Notes under the pieces: generated by a model
Databases searched by the model: none
What the model saw: only the letters and a program-made list of their open reading frames with translations
Told to the model about the DNA's origin: nothing
DNA from: a virus
Lineage: Duplodnaviria; Caudoviricetes
Strand: one strand, 5' to 3'
Length of the DNA stretch: 62,587 nt
Virus record (IMG/VR): IMGVR_UViG_3300025679_000008
Location: 1 to 62,587 of that record
Shown here: positions 28,665-38,086 of the stretch, in pieces
Position numbering within the stretch: position 1 is the stretch's first letter
How the letters are laid out: each line of letters begins with the position of its first letter
Made by a program: the position numbers and the translations under genes

Positions 28665-30557
28665 GTGGCCGACCCCGACTACTTCGGTGACACCTACTCG
28701 GATCCATCCCTGCGGCGCCGCGGGGGTGCTGCGGTCGATGACGTAGAGGAAGCGCGGCATATCGGCCGCTCGAGGGCGTACATAAGCCAAGGCTTCCTGC
28801 CTCCAGCTCGAGACAGCCTGGGCGCCGGCGCCGACTATTTCAACGCGCCGACTGCTCCCAGGACCCGGCGGCCCGCTCCTGCAGGGCCCCTGGATAATCC
28901 AGTCTACAAGGATCTCCACGCCAAGCGCGAGGTCCTCACGCAGACCGAGGCGCTGTACCACAAGCAGCTCGAGGACTTCGACAAGGGTGAGGGCGCTGTG
29001 CTCCGCCCCGAGAGGGATCCCGCTACCGGCCGAGAGCTACGCCAGGGCGCCGCCCAGGCTCATGTCCAGTCCCTTGTGGACAAGTCCCAGGGTGATGCGA
29101 CGACGGGCATGGTCCCCAAGGAGGTCCGTGACGCCGAGAAGAACCTGCGCCTCCTGCAGGAGAAACGTCAGCGCATAGCCGACGAAGCGTCTCGGGTGTC
29201 CCAGGCGCGCCAGTCCTTCGACCAGGACGTCTACATGCCGGCCCGCAGTGCCATGCTAGGAGGCGACGGATCCGCGGCGCCGGCGGCAGCTGCAGTTCCG
29301 ACGCCGGCCTCGCCCGTCCAGGACTTCATGCAGCGCGACGGCGGGCCCGCCATCCGGATCCCTCAGGGCAGCATCTATGATCCGGCCGCGCCGCCGGGCC
29401 CTAAGAGCGGCGCCGGTGAGCCGACACCGACGCCGGCGGCCCCGAAGGTTGAGGCAGCTCCGAAGGCCCCGGCGCCACAGGATTCAGGATCAGACAGCCT
29501 GGAGCGGATCAAACAGCGCCACGATGAGTACCAGGCCACGCTCGATGCCGGCGGCGACAATCTCCGCCAGGATGTGCGCGATCGCCTCAAGGCCCAGGTC
29601 TCGATCCTCAACTCCAAGTTCCAGCAGGGAACGATGGAGCAGGCTGATCAAATCAATAGCCTGTTCGCCGGTCACATAACTGGTAAGGGCGCGGTCGGAG
29701 CGCCGGTGGATCCCAAGGCAGCTCAGGCCTACTTCGACAAGTACGCGGCGCTGGGAGATATCTATGCCCGCCACCAGGGCGCGGTGATCGACGCAGCCAA
29801 CAAGCCGGCACTCCAGATCCCGCACCTGAAGGATAACGCTTCGGATTCGGAGCTCATGGCCGCCACGAAAGGCGCGGTCGACGGTCTGTCCGACGTCGCC
29901 AGCGGCCTAACCTCGCCGTCCAATGCGGTGCTGATCGGATCCCTGGGCGTGCTCGGACGGGCCGCGAAAATAGGCTACGCTCCGGCGCGCGCGATCCTGA
30001 TCGCCGCCCAGGCTGAGTTCACGAAACAGATGGCCGAAGGCACCTACGAGGGAGGCAAGCAGTTCATCCAGGATATCCACGATCCCAACGTCTCGCTGCG
30101 GAAGGCGGCTGGCGATGCCACGAAGACCATCGCCAGCGCGGTCTTCACGGCCGGAACGGCTCATGGGATGGTAGGCGAGATCCGGGGCCCTGCAGGAGAT
30201 CCCGCGGTTGGCGATCAGCCCTCACGCCCGGGCGGTGGTGCGAAGCCTCCGGGAGATATAGGCACACCAACGCCTCCGCCGGCGCCGCGGCCGCCTACGG
30301 ATACGTCCGTGCCTCTGGACGATGAGCTCGGCTCGAGGATCTCGGCCCTGCGCAAGAAGGCCACAGATGCCGAGGCTCCGCCTCCTCCAGAGCCTCCTGG
30401 GACCCTGGATCACCGCGCGGCCGGCTACGATACCCGCGAGTCCTTCGACCAGGACTACCACGCCAAAGGCCAGCACGACGTCTTCGAGACGGCCGACGAG
30501 TTCCTGCGCCGGGTCTACTGCTCCAAGCTCGGCCGCGGCAACTTCTCAATCGCATGA
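28665..30557 (+). CDS. Putative ejection protein
   Basis: Coiled coils, Pro linkers, amphipathic Gly/Ala segments. Confidence 0.6.
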   Translation: MADPDYFGDTYSDPSLRRRGGAAVDDVEEARHIGRSRAYISQGFLPPARDSLGAGADYFNAPTAPRTRRPAPAGPLDNPVYKDLHAKREVLTQTEALYHKQLEDFDKGEGAVLRPERDPATGRELRQGAAQAHVQSLVDKSQGDATTGMVPKEVRDAEKNLRLLQEKRQRIADEASRVSQARQSFDQDVYMPARSAMLGGDGSAAPAAAAVPTPASPVQDFMQRDGGPAIRIPQGSIYDPAAPPGPKSGAGEPTPTPAAPKVEAAPKAPAPQDSGSDSLERIKQRHDEYQATLDAGGDNLRQDVRDRLKAQVSILNSKFQQGTMEQADQINSLFAGHITGKGAVGAPVDPKAAQAYFDKYAALGDIYARHQGAVIDAANKPALQIPHLKDNASDSELMAATKGAVDGLSDVASGLTSPSNAVLIGSLGVLGRAAKIGYAPARAILIAAQAEFTKQMAEGTYEGGKQFIQDIHDPNVSLRKAAGDATKTIASAVFTAGTAHGMVGEIRGPAGDPAVGDQPSRPGGGAKPPGDIGTPTPPPAPRPPTDTSVPLDDELGSRISALRKKATDAEAPPPPEPPGTLDHRAAGYDTRESFDQDYHAKGQHDVFETADEFLRRVYCSKLGRGNFSIA

Positions 30558-30955
30558 AAGACAAATACGGATCCGAACATATAGCCTTCGACTGGGGTGG
30601 TGTCCTAAGTGATCGCCCGCTCATGTGGTTCCTGGCGGACAACCTCAGCTTTTGCGGCATCAAGGTTTCCATCATTTCGTGGTGTGGTCCCAATGATGCC
30701 GTCCGTTCTCAGGAGGGAAAGGATCGCCTGGCGGAAAGCGGGATCCCCTGGTCTAACATCATCGGCTTCGATCAATACGGTAGTGAGGACGGCATCATCG
30801 TCCCCGCCGACGCTCCCCGCTTCGACTACATGGTCGGTATCGGCAAGGTCCGGAAGATGCGGGAGATCGGGGCGACGGCGATCTTCGACGACAACCCCTG
30901 GGTCGTTCGTGCCGTCCAGGACTCCGGCCTCCAGGCGCTACAGGTCATTCGATGA
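30554..30955 (+). CDS. HAD-superfamily-like small protein
   Basis: IAFDWGGVL (second Asp absent), K..., AIFDDN. Confidence 0.65.
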   Translation: MKDKYGSEHIAFDWGGVLSDRPLMWFLADNLSFCGIKVSIISWCGPNDAVRSQEGKDRLAESGIPWSNIIGFDQYGSEDGIIVPADAPRFDYMVGIGKVRKMREIGATAIFDDNPWVVRAVQDSGLQALQVIR

Positions 30956-32220
30956 AGGATGTCCAACAAGTCGTCTGCATGGTCATTGACGGGGGCCTGC
31001 ACCCCGACTTCGCCGTGCGCCTAGCGCGAGACTTTGCGAAGGTGTATTACTACACGCCTCCGAGCGGCGGCGCATTTCAGACGATAAACGCCGCCACGAT
31101 CGGAAAGGGGCTCGAGGGAATCGAAGTGGTGGACACGCCCTTCATCGAGGAGTTTAACCAGATCGACCTGTTCGTCGTCACTGACATTCACTTTGGGCCG
31201 CTTCAGGTCCATCTCGAGAGCCTGGGCAAGAAGGTCTGGGGGTCAAGGATGGGTGAGGAGCTCGAGCTCGAGCGTGCCGGCACGAAGAAGGCCATGCAGC
31301 GCGTGGGCCTTCCCGTGAACAAGTACAAGGTGGTGCGCGGCCTGGATGAGCTCCGGGCGTACCTGAAGGACAAGAAGGACGTCCACGTCAAGGTGAGCCG
31401 GTACCGCGGGACGTTCGAGTCCTTCATGGTTACCAACTTCAAGAACGTGGAGCCGCTCCTGGACAGCGTCGAGATGGACATCGGCCCCCTGAAGAACGAG
31501 ATCGACTTCATCGTCGAGGATGATCTCCCAGACCGGATCGAGATCGGCATCGACGCCTGGACGGTCGACGGCGCCTGGCCGGAGAAGGTGCTCCTGGGTA
31601 TCGAGGTCAAGGACGCCGGCTACGTCGGGGTGTTCAAGCCCTGGGCCGAGATCCCTGAGCCGGTCCGCCGGTGGAACGAAAAGATGAGTCCGATCCTGGC
31701 GAAGTACGGATACAAGGGATCCATCTCCACAGAGAACCGGATCGGGAAGGACCTGGTGCCGCACATGATCGACGCCACCTGCAGGTTGCCGTCTCCTCCC
31801 AGCGAGCTCTTCGCGGAGTTCTACCTCAACATGCCGGAGATCGTTTGGAAGGCGGCCAACGGGATCATGGTGCTGGCGCGGCCGGCGGCCAAGTTCGGCG
31901 TCGAGGCGATCATCAAGTCCAGCTGGGCTGTCGACAAAAACTGGCAGCCGATCGACTTCCCGTCCCAGCACCGCAAGCGGATCAAGCTGCACTGCGGGTG
32001 CAAGATCGACGGCCGCTACTACATCGTCCCCCAGACCTACCAGCTCGAGGAGATCGGCGCCGTCGTGGGCTGGGGTGACACGATCGAGGACGCGATCGCC
32101 GACGTGAAGAAGATCGCCGACACGATCGAGGGCTACGGCATCAAGGTTCGCACGGACGCCTTTGCCGACGCTCAAGGGGAGATGGACAAAACGAATGAGA
32201 TAGGGCTAAAGATTTTCTAA
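30952..32220 (+). CDS. PurD-like ATP-grasp ligase
   Basis: VWGS...ELELER...K...VGLP, HVK, FIVE...IEIG, IDATCRLPSP; C-terminal GDTIEDAIADV. Confidence 0.78.
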   Translation: MKDVQQVVCMVIDGGLHPDFAVRLARDFAKVYYYTPPSGGAFQTINAATIGKGLEGIEVVDTPFIEEFNQIDLFVVTDIHFGPLQVHLESLGKKVWGSRMGEELELERAGTKKAMQRVGLPVNKYKVVRGLDELRAYLKDKKDVHVKVSRYRGTFESFMVTNFKNVEPLLDSVEMDIGPLKNEIDFIVEDDLPDRIEIGIDAWTVDGAWPEKVLLGIEVKDAGYVGVFKPWAEIPEPVRRWNEKMSPILAKYGYKGSISTENRIGKDLVPHMIDATCRLPSPPSELFAEFYLNMPEIVWKAANGIMVLARPAAKFGVEAIIKSSWAVDKNWQPIDFPSQHRKRIKLHCGCKIDGRYYIVPQTYQLEEIGAVVGWGDTIEDAIADVKKIADTIEGYGIKVRTDAFADAQGEMDKTNEIGLKIF

Positions 32221-32345
32221 TGCCCGAGCTTTTCCTACCTGAAGTAGAGGTATCCCTGGATCCCAGCGAGACAGGGCTGCACGGCTGCCTAGAGCCTTTG
32301 CTCGACGATCCACCTGAAGGAGAGGAAGACGATGGCGAAGATTGA
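32220..32345 (+). CDS. 41-aa acidic peptide MPELFLPEVEVSLDPSETGLHGCLEPLLDDPPEGEEDDGED
   Basis: TAATG-coupled to the ATP-grasp stop; fills the gap and overlaps the next start; below the ORF cutoff. Confidence 0.55.
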   Translation: MPELFLPEVEVSLDPSETGLHGCLEPLLDDPPEGEEDDGED

Positions 32346-35300
32346 TTGCCCGAATATCAGCCTGCCGGCCTGGAAGGGCCTGGTCGACCAGTTGGGCCCC
32401 GAGAAGGCCTATGCCGCCTATTTCCGTAACGGCAACGAGATCCCGGACCTGAGCAAAGCCCATAATGACCTGAGCAGCCGGCCCGGATCATACAACGGGC
32501 CGGCGGACGCGCGGCCGGTTGAGGAGCAGTACAAGGGCCTGCCCGCGTCTAAGGGAGGGAAATATATCTCAACCGACGTGGCCCGCAGGATCATCCCTGG
32601 CTATGATCCGATGAACCCCACGGCCACCAACGGTGTAGCCTCGGAGATCACCGAGAAGGCTTACACCCAAGCCCTGTCAGACCAGACCACCAAACAGGTT
32701 GAGATGTTTGCCGGAGGATCCGGATCGGGTAAGTCAGGAATGCTCGCGAAGATAACCGCGCCCAACACCCTCATCTACGACGGCCTGTTCTCGAGCAAAG
32801 ATTCCCTCGACCGTCTCGATCGTACGGTGGCCACGGGAAAGCCGGTAGCGCTCACTTATATCCACCGTCCCATCGAGGATGCGATCGGCGGTATGTTTCG
32901 GCGCGCGCGCAAGGATGGGGCCACTCAGCCGATCGTACCGGCCGACGTCGTCGCCAAGGGGCATTTCAACTCGGCCGATAACTTCCTTCAGGCTTACGAT
33001 AAATATAAGGACAACCCCAACGTGAGCTTCCGGGCGTTTGACAATGGCCGCGGAGAGGGTAAGGCTGACTTTGCCGATAGCCCGATCGACTTCGTAAGGA
33101 AGCTGGTGGCTGACCGGCCATCCCGAGAAGAGTATTATGAACGTGCCCGATCCCATCCTGAAGTCCCAGGCCTCTCCGACGCCGACCGAGCAACATACCT
33201 CGGAGCTAGACCCGTTCGGGAAGCTGCTCCTGGACAGCCTGAACAAGGCAACGCTGGAGGATCCGTCCCCGACGTACCCGGAGCGCCAGGTGATCGTCCC
33301 GCCGGCGACGTAGCGCCTGGCGTTGACACGCCCGCGCCAGCGGACCAGCCTCCGGCAAATGCACCACAAGCACCCACTCAAGGCGGCGGTGAAGCATCAC
33401 ACGATGGCGGCCGCGCCGGTGGATCGGCACGCGGTCAACCCGACAGCGAAGGGAACGCCGGCGTTCCAGGCGGCCCACACGGGGAGACCCCAGGGGTACT
33501 TCAACCAGGGCCAGCAGCCGGGCCGGGCAGCCTCGACGCTTCAGAACGATCCGACGTCCGATCCGGCGCAGTAAGCGGGGCTCCTGGGATATCACCAAGG
33601 AGCGTAGCCGGCGGGGTTCCAGTCGTCGAGTTCCCTGTCGAGAAACTCAAACTCTCGAAGGACGTACCCCAATTCAAGGCGAACGCCAATGAGCGGGGAG
33701 TTGTTGAGCCGCTGGCAGGATCCTACGATCGCCGCGGCGGTGGGGCCCTGCAGGTATGGCAGCGATTGAACGGGGATTACGAGGTCATCTCCGGAAGGCA
33801 CCGTTTTGACCTGGGGCTGCGGACAGGGGAGAAGACCCTGCCGGTCCAGATATATAGGGAGTCCGAGGGGTTTGACAAGATGTCGGCCGCGCGATTGGAT
33901 GCGGAGCTAAATATACGGGACGGAAATGGATCAATCGCCGACTACTCCAGCTACTTCAGGCACTCCGGCATCACCGACGCGGATGCCCAAGCCCGCGGAC
34001 TTCTGGCGCGAACAAAGGGCAAGACCGGATTTCAAATTGCGCGAGACTCGAGCGAGGACACTTTTGCTCTCCATCAGGCCGAGCGCCTCTCAGACGACGC
34101 AGCCAGCTCCATCTCCCGCGCCGCGCCCGGTGACGCAGGCCTCCAGGGCGTAGGCGCCAGGGCGGTCCTCGAGGGCAAGTCGGCCGCCTTCGCTGAGAAC
34201 CTGGTCCAGGCGGCCCGGCTGCGCTCCGGTGGATCCTCGGGAGCTGAGAGCGGCGATCTCTTCGCCTTCGATGATTCGGCGATGAAGGAGATGGAGGCCC
34301 AGGCCAAGCGCGCCCAGCAGGCCCAGCAGGCCATACGGGAGCAGATCTCGGCCGCCCAGGGCGCCGCCAGGAATCCCGTCATGGCGAAGAAGCTCGGGGT
34401 CGACGTGAAGGATCCGGCGGCCGTGCAGGGCAGGATCAACAAGCTGAAGGCCGACCTCGAGCGCTGGCTGCATTGGCCGACCCAGGAGGACCTGGTAGCC
34501 AAGACCCGGGATCCGATGTTCGACCCCAGGAGCGAGACGGCCGCCTTCCCAGGCCTGGTCTCTGGCCGGGCCGCGGAGGCCTGGGCTGACGACGTCATCA
34601 AGTCAAAGGCCGGTCAGGTGTCCGGCGGCATTGATCCCGAGTACATCGCGGCGTTCGCTATCAAGGGTGCGGCGATCATCGAGCGCGGGATCCGTGACTT
34701 CGCCTCCTGGTCCGCGGAGATGGTGAAGGAGTTTCCGACGCTCACGGCCGATGCCCTGCAGAAGATCTGGGCCCAGGTGAAGGCCAACGGCGCTGAGGTA
34801 CCGGACAATCCCAAGCCGCGGCCGACTGCAGAAGATGGGACTCGCTTCCGCAGCACACCGGACACCGAGCGCGAAGGGCAGCGCGCCGCCGGCGTGGATC
34901 CCACGGTCGATCGGCAGACCTACCAGGTGCGCGCAAAGAGCGAGGCTCGAGCGGCCGCGCGGGTCCTGATCGACCTCAGTGGCGCGGAGAAGGCCCGGGA
35001 GATGTCCAGGGATCCGGACTCGCAGCTGCCTCAGGATATCCGCGGTGGTATCTTCATTGAGCTCGCGGCCGATGCCGACAAGCGGATCCGGGAGGCCAAG
35101 AAACCCGAGGAGCGCGCGGCCGCGATCCGCGACCGCCAGGCCTTGAGCTCGAGCGAGGCTGTCGAGAATACTGGCCTCGGCCAGAGGATCTCCATGCTGG
35201 GGGAGCTCAACAAGAACACCCGCGCCGGCGTCACCCAGGAGTACCTGGACCAGACCGATCGACGCCAGCAAGGGGAGTTCGGCCAAGACGGTCAGAAGGC

Positions 35301-38049
35301 CGCCGGCGACTTCGCGAAGGCCACGAACGATATCAACGCCGGCGCCGTGGACCCGGCGATCGCCGCGGTGAAGCCCAGGATCGCAAAGGTGAAACTCAGC
35401 GGGCCGATCTGGGACAAGTACCGGGAGGATGCCGCCACGCGCCTTGCGGATCTCGTGGAGTCCAAGGCCGAGCCCCCGAAGGATAAGGCTCCCCTGCAGG
35501 AGTTCACCCAGCGCATCGTTGAGGAGATCCGCGGCCGCATCAAAGGCCTGCTCCCGAACAAGGAGCCGGTTGAGTCCGCCTCGCCGCTCGCCATCCTGGC
35601 CGAAGCCATGCGCAACCCGGAGAAGTACAAGCAGGTGGTGGACTCGGTGCGCAAGGAGTTCGTCGATCGCTTCGGTGAAGGCAGCCCGCCGGTCGACCTG
35701 ATCGACACGGAGCTGGGCAACATGGATCTGAGGCCGTACTCCAATCGGATCCTCGACCAGGTCACACGCCAGGCCCACGAGGAAATGCAGACCTCGGTAG
35801 CGAAGATCGCCCGCACACACTGGACAAAGGCGGACCGAGTCAACCGGGATCTTGCGGAGGCTCTCGTGACCGGCCTGAGGCTGAAGCCGGAGGATGCTCA
35901 CATGCTGGCCGATGACCTGCAGAAGAGGATGGACGAGCTCACGCAGGCGGCCAGGTCCAAGGCGATCTGGCAGCTCATCGAGCGCGCCCAGACTCCGCGG
36001 GCTAAGAAGATCCTCTCCACGCTCGAGAAGACGGTGAATCTAAACAACCTGGGCGCGCTCACCGAGGCCACGGCCAGGGACGCCGTGGCGAAGCAGCTGG
36101 GCCTACCTCACGTGGACAGCGCGGATCTCGATCGCCTGGGGCAGCTGGCAGACAAGGTCGAGACCGCTCCGAATGTCGCGGCGAAGGCCCGGGCGACGAT
36201 CAACCTGGCCAAGGAGCTCCGAGACCTGCAGCGGCCGGGAAAGTGGAAGGATGCGATAGACACCGGGTTCTCGATGCTCTACGCGAATCTCCTCTTCTCG
36301 AAGACGATCGCCGTGAAGTCGATCGCCGACGTGACGAACACGATCTCGCGCGTCGGCTCGGCCGCCCTGGCGAATCCTCTGGACGCCGGCACTGTCGTAC
36401 ACGCCTGGCTGGACAGCATGGGCATGGGATGGGAGCAGGCGAAGTCCGTGATCCAGCGCGGCAAGGGCGGCGCCGGCTACTCTCCAGAGATGGGCGGGTA
36501 CCGATCGGCCGGCTCGGATCCCTGGCATCTCAGCGGCCTCGAGGGGAAGAATCTACCCCTGACCGGCGGCCGCGTTCCGCTCCCGCACAAGTACGTCCCC
36601 CGGATCTACAAGGCGATCGAGTCGATCTTCTACTACCCCGCGCGAGAGGCCTACGCTCGCCTGGTGGCCACGAAGCTCCTGCAGAAGGATGGGTACCGCG
36701 GAGCGGAGCTCCGGCGCAAGGTGCGCGATACGCTCGGGATCTCCCCGGACCAGTTCCAAAACTTCCGGCTGCAGGCGGAGCGCGAAGGCTTCACTGGCGA
36801 CGACGTGGGCCTGCGGGTCGGCAGCCTGGTTGAGCAGCACCGGGTCAAGAACGCGCCGGAGGCCTCGGATCAGAGTCAGAGGTTTGCCGAGGAGACGGTC
36901 TTCAAGCAGGAGCCGAAGGGCATCGAGGGTGTGATCTACCGCAGCGGCCGCGACCTGGCGTCAAAGGTCACGATCGCCGGCGTGCCGGTCCTCAAGCCAT
37001 TCATGCTCTTCATGAAGATCCCGACGAACGCCTTCTCGATGTCGGCGGAATACACTCCGATCGGGATCAAGCGGGCGCTCATGGGGACCAGGGATGCCGG
37101 CACCGGCGAGAGGATCCCGCCGACTACCCAGGAGAGAAACCAGATGCTCATCCGCGGCACCGCGGGATCCCTCATGATGGGGGCGCTGGTGGCGGCCGTG
37201 GTCAACAAGAGCAACGACGGGCACTTCGATGTCACCGGCCGCGGGCCCAGCCAGCCGAACAAGCGCAAGCAGCTGCAGCAGGCCGGCTGGATCCCGTATA
37301 GCTTCCGTGTCGCCGGCGGGCCCTATATCAGCTACGCGCATAGCCCGCTCATGATCCCGCTGTCGTTTGTCGGCAACGTGGCGGACATGTACCGCTATGA
37401 GAAGGAGACGCCGCAGTCGGACTACCTCATGGGCTCGAGGCTGGCTCAGGCCGGAATGCGATCTGGATTCTCGGTCCTGGATCTCCCGATGCTTCAGGGC
37501 ATGTCCCAGCTCCTCGACGGGATCCGCGGCCGCTCGAGCGTCGCAACCTTCAACCGTTTCCTCGCCGGCACGGCAACGTCGACGGTCCTGCCGAAAGGCC
37601 TCATGGAGATCGACCAGGCCTTCGACCCGAAGGAGTACGATCCCACGCCCGGGCGCCTGGGGCAGCTCGAAAGCCAGGTCCCGTTTGCCCGGCGCCTGGG
37701 CGAGCAGCAGCTCGGGCCCACAGGCGAGCCGCTGACCTATAGCCCTATCCAGAGATTCATGAGCCTCGAGGTACCGGGGATCGCAAAGACCCTGTCAGAC
37801 AAAGGGGTCTTCATCACGAACGAGCCGCGGCCGTCGATAGGTTCGGGCAACTCCAAACGCCCGGCCACCGCGGCCGAGTACCAGCGCTACCAGAAGGAGG
37901 CCGGCGCCGAGATCCTCGAGAAGATCCGCGGCGCCATGCCGGAGTTGAATGGCATGGACCAGAAGCGGGCACAGGAGCGCGTGGACCAGATCGTCCGAGA
38001 TGCCAGGTACGCCGCCCGGATCAACCTGGAGAACGCCGGCACCCCTTAG
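32332..38049 (+). CDS. Large polyvalent/ejection protein: zeta-toxin-like P-loop kinase + ParB-like domain + internal-virion-type C-terminus
   Basis: AGGSGSGKS...IYDG...YIHRP...RARK...VP...GH; QVW...VISGRHR; GRGP...QQAGWIPYSFRV...ISY. Confidence 0.82.
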   Translation: MAKIDCPNISLPAWKGLVDQLGPEKAYAAYFRNGNEIPDLSKAHNDLSSRPGSYNGPADARPVEEQYKGLPASKGGKYISTDVARRIIPGYDPMNPTATNGVASEITEKAYTQALSDQTTKQVEMFAGGSGSGKSGMLAKITAPNTLIYDGLFSSKDSLDRLDRTVATGKPVALTYIHRPIEDAIGGMFRRARKDGATQPIVPADVVAKGHFNSADNFLQAYDKYKDNPNVSFRAFDNGRGEGKADFADSPIDFVRKLVADRPSREEYYERARSHPEVPGLSDADRATYLGARPVREAAPGQPEQGNAGGSVPDVPGAPGDRPAGDVAPGVDTPAPADQPPANAPQAPTQGGGEASHDGGRAGGSARGQPDSEGNAGVPGGPHGETPGVLQPGPAAGPGSLDASERSDVRSGAVSGAPGISPRSVAGGVPVVEFPVEKLKLSKDVPQFKANANERGVVEPLAGSYDRRGGGALQVWQRLNGDYEVISGRHRFDLGLRTGEKTLPVQIYRESEGFDKMSAARLDAELNIRDGNGSIADYSSYFRHSGITDADAQARGLLARTKGKTGFQIARDSSEDTFALHQAERLSDDAASSISRAAPGDAGLQGVGARAVLEGKSAAFAENLVQAARLRSGGSSGAESGDLFAFDDSAMKEMEAQAKRAQQAQQAIREQISAAQGAARNPVMAKKLGVDVKDPAAVQGRINKLKADLERWLHWPTQEDLVAKTRDPMFDPRSETAAFPGLVSGRAAEAWADDVIKSKAGQVSGGIDPEYIAAFAIKGAAIIERGIRDFASWSAEMVKEFPTLTADALQKIWAQVKANGAEVPDNPKPRPTAEDGTRFRSTPDTEREGQRAAGVDPTVDRQTYQVRAKSEARAAARVLIDLSGAEKAREMSRDPDSQLPQDIRGGIFIELAADADKRIREAKKPEERAAAIRDRQALSSSEAVENTGLGQRISMLGELNKNTRAGVTQEYLDQTDRRQQGEFGQDGQKAAGDFAKATNDINAGAVDPAIAAVKPRIAKVKLSGPIWDKYREDAATRLADLVESKAEPPKDKAPLQEFTQRIVEEIRGRIKGLLPNKEPVESASPLAILAEAMRNPEKYKQVVDSVRKEFVDRFGEGSPPVDLIDTELGNMDLRPYSNRILDQVTRQAHEEMQTSVAKIARTHWTKADRVNRDLAEALVTGLRLKPEDAHMLADDLQKRMDELTQAARSKAIWQLIERAQTPRAKKILSTLEKTVNLNNLGALTEATARDAVAKQLGLPHVDSADLDRLGQLADKVETAPNVAAKARATINLAKELRDLQRPGKWKDAIDTGFSMLYANLLFSKTIAVKSIADVTNTISRVGSAALANPLDAGTVVHAWLDSMGMGWEQAKSVIQRGKGGAGYSPEMGGYRSAGSDPWHLSGLEGKNLPLTGGRVPLPHKYVPRIYKAIESIFYYPAREAYARLVATKLLQKDGYRGAELRRKVRDTLGISPDQFQNFRLQAEREGFTGDDVGLRVGSLVEQHRVKNAPEASDQSQRFAEETVFKQEPKGIEGVIYRSGRDLASKVTIAGVPVLKPFMLFMKIPTNAFSMSAEYTPIGIKRALMGTRDAGTGERIPPTTQERNQMLIRGTAGSLMMGALVAAVVNKSNDGHFDVTGRGPSQPNKRKQLQQAGWIPYSFRVAGGPYISYAHSPLMIPLSFVGNVADMYRYEKETPQSDYLMGSRLAQAGMRSGFSVLDLPMLQGMSQLLDGIRGRSSVATFNRFLAGTATSTVLPKGLMEIDQAFDPKEYDPTPGRLGQLESQVPFARRLGEQQLGPTGEPLTYSPIQRFMSLEVPGIAKTLSDKGVFITNEPRPSIGSGNSKRPATAAEYQRYQKEAGAEILEKIRGAMPELNGMDQKRAQERVDQIVRDARYAARINLENAGTP

Positions 38050-38086
38050 GCTTGAAATTGCTGGCCAATAGCGTAAGCCAAATCCG

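Noticed and set aside
30952-32220. purD as an auxiliary metabolic gene
   Set aside because: Lacks the canonical PurD N-terminal GxGGREH motif and has no purine pathway context
32560-33170. Epsilon-zeta toxin-antitoxin module
   Set aside because: Domain is embedded in a 1905-aa protein; no clear antitoxin, although the upstream acidic peptide cannot be fully excluded
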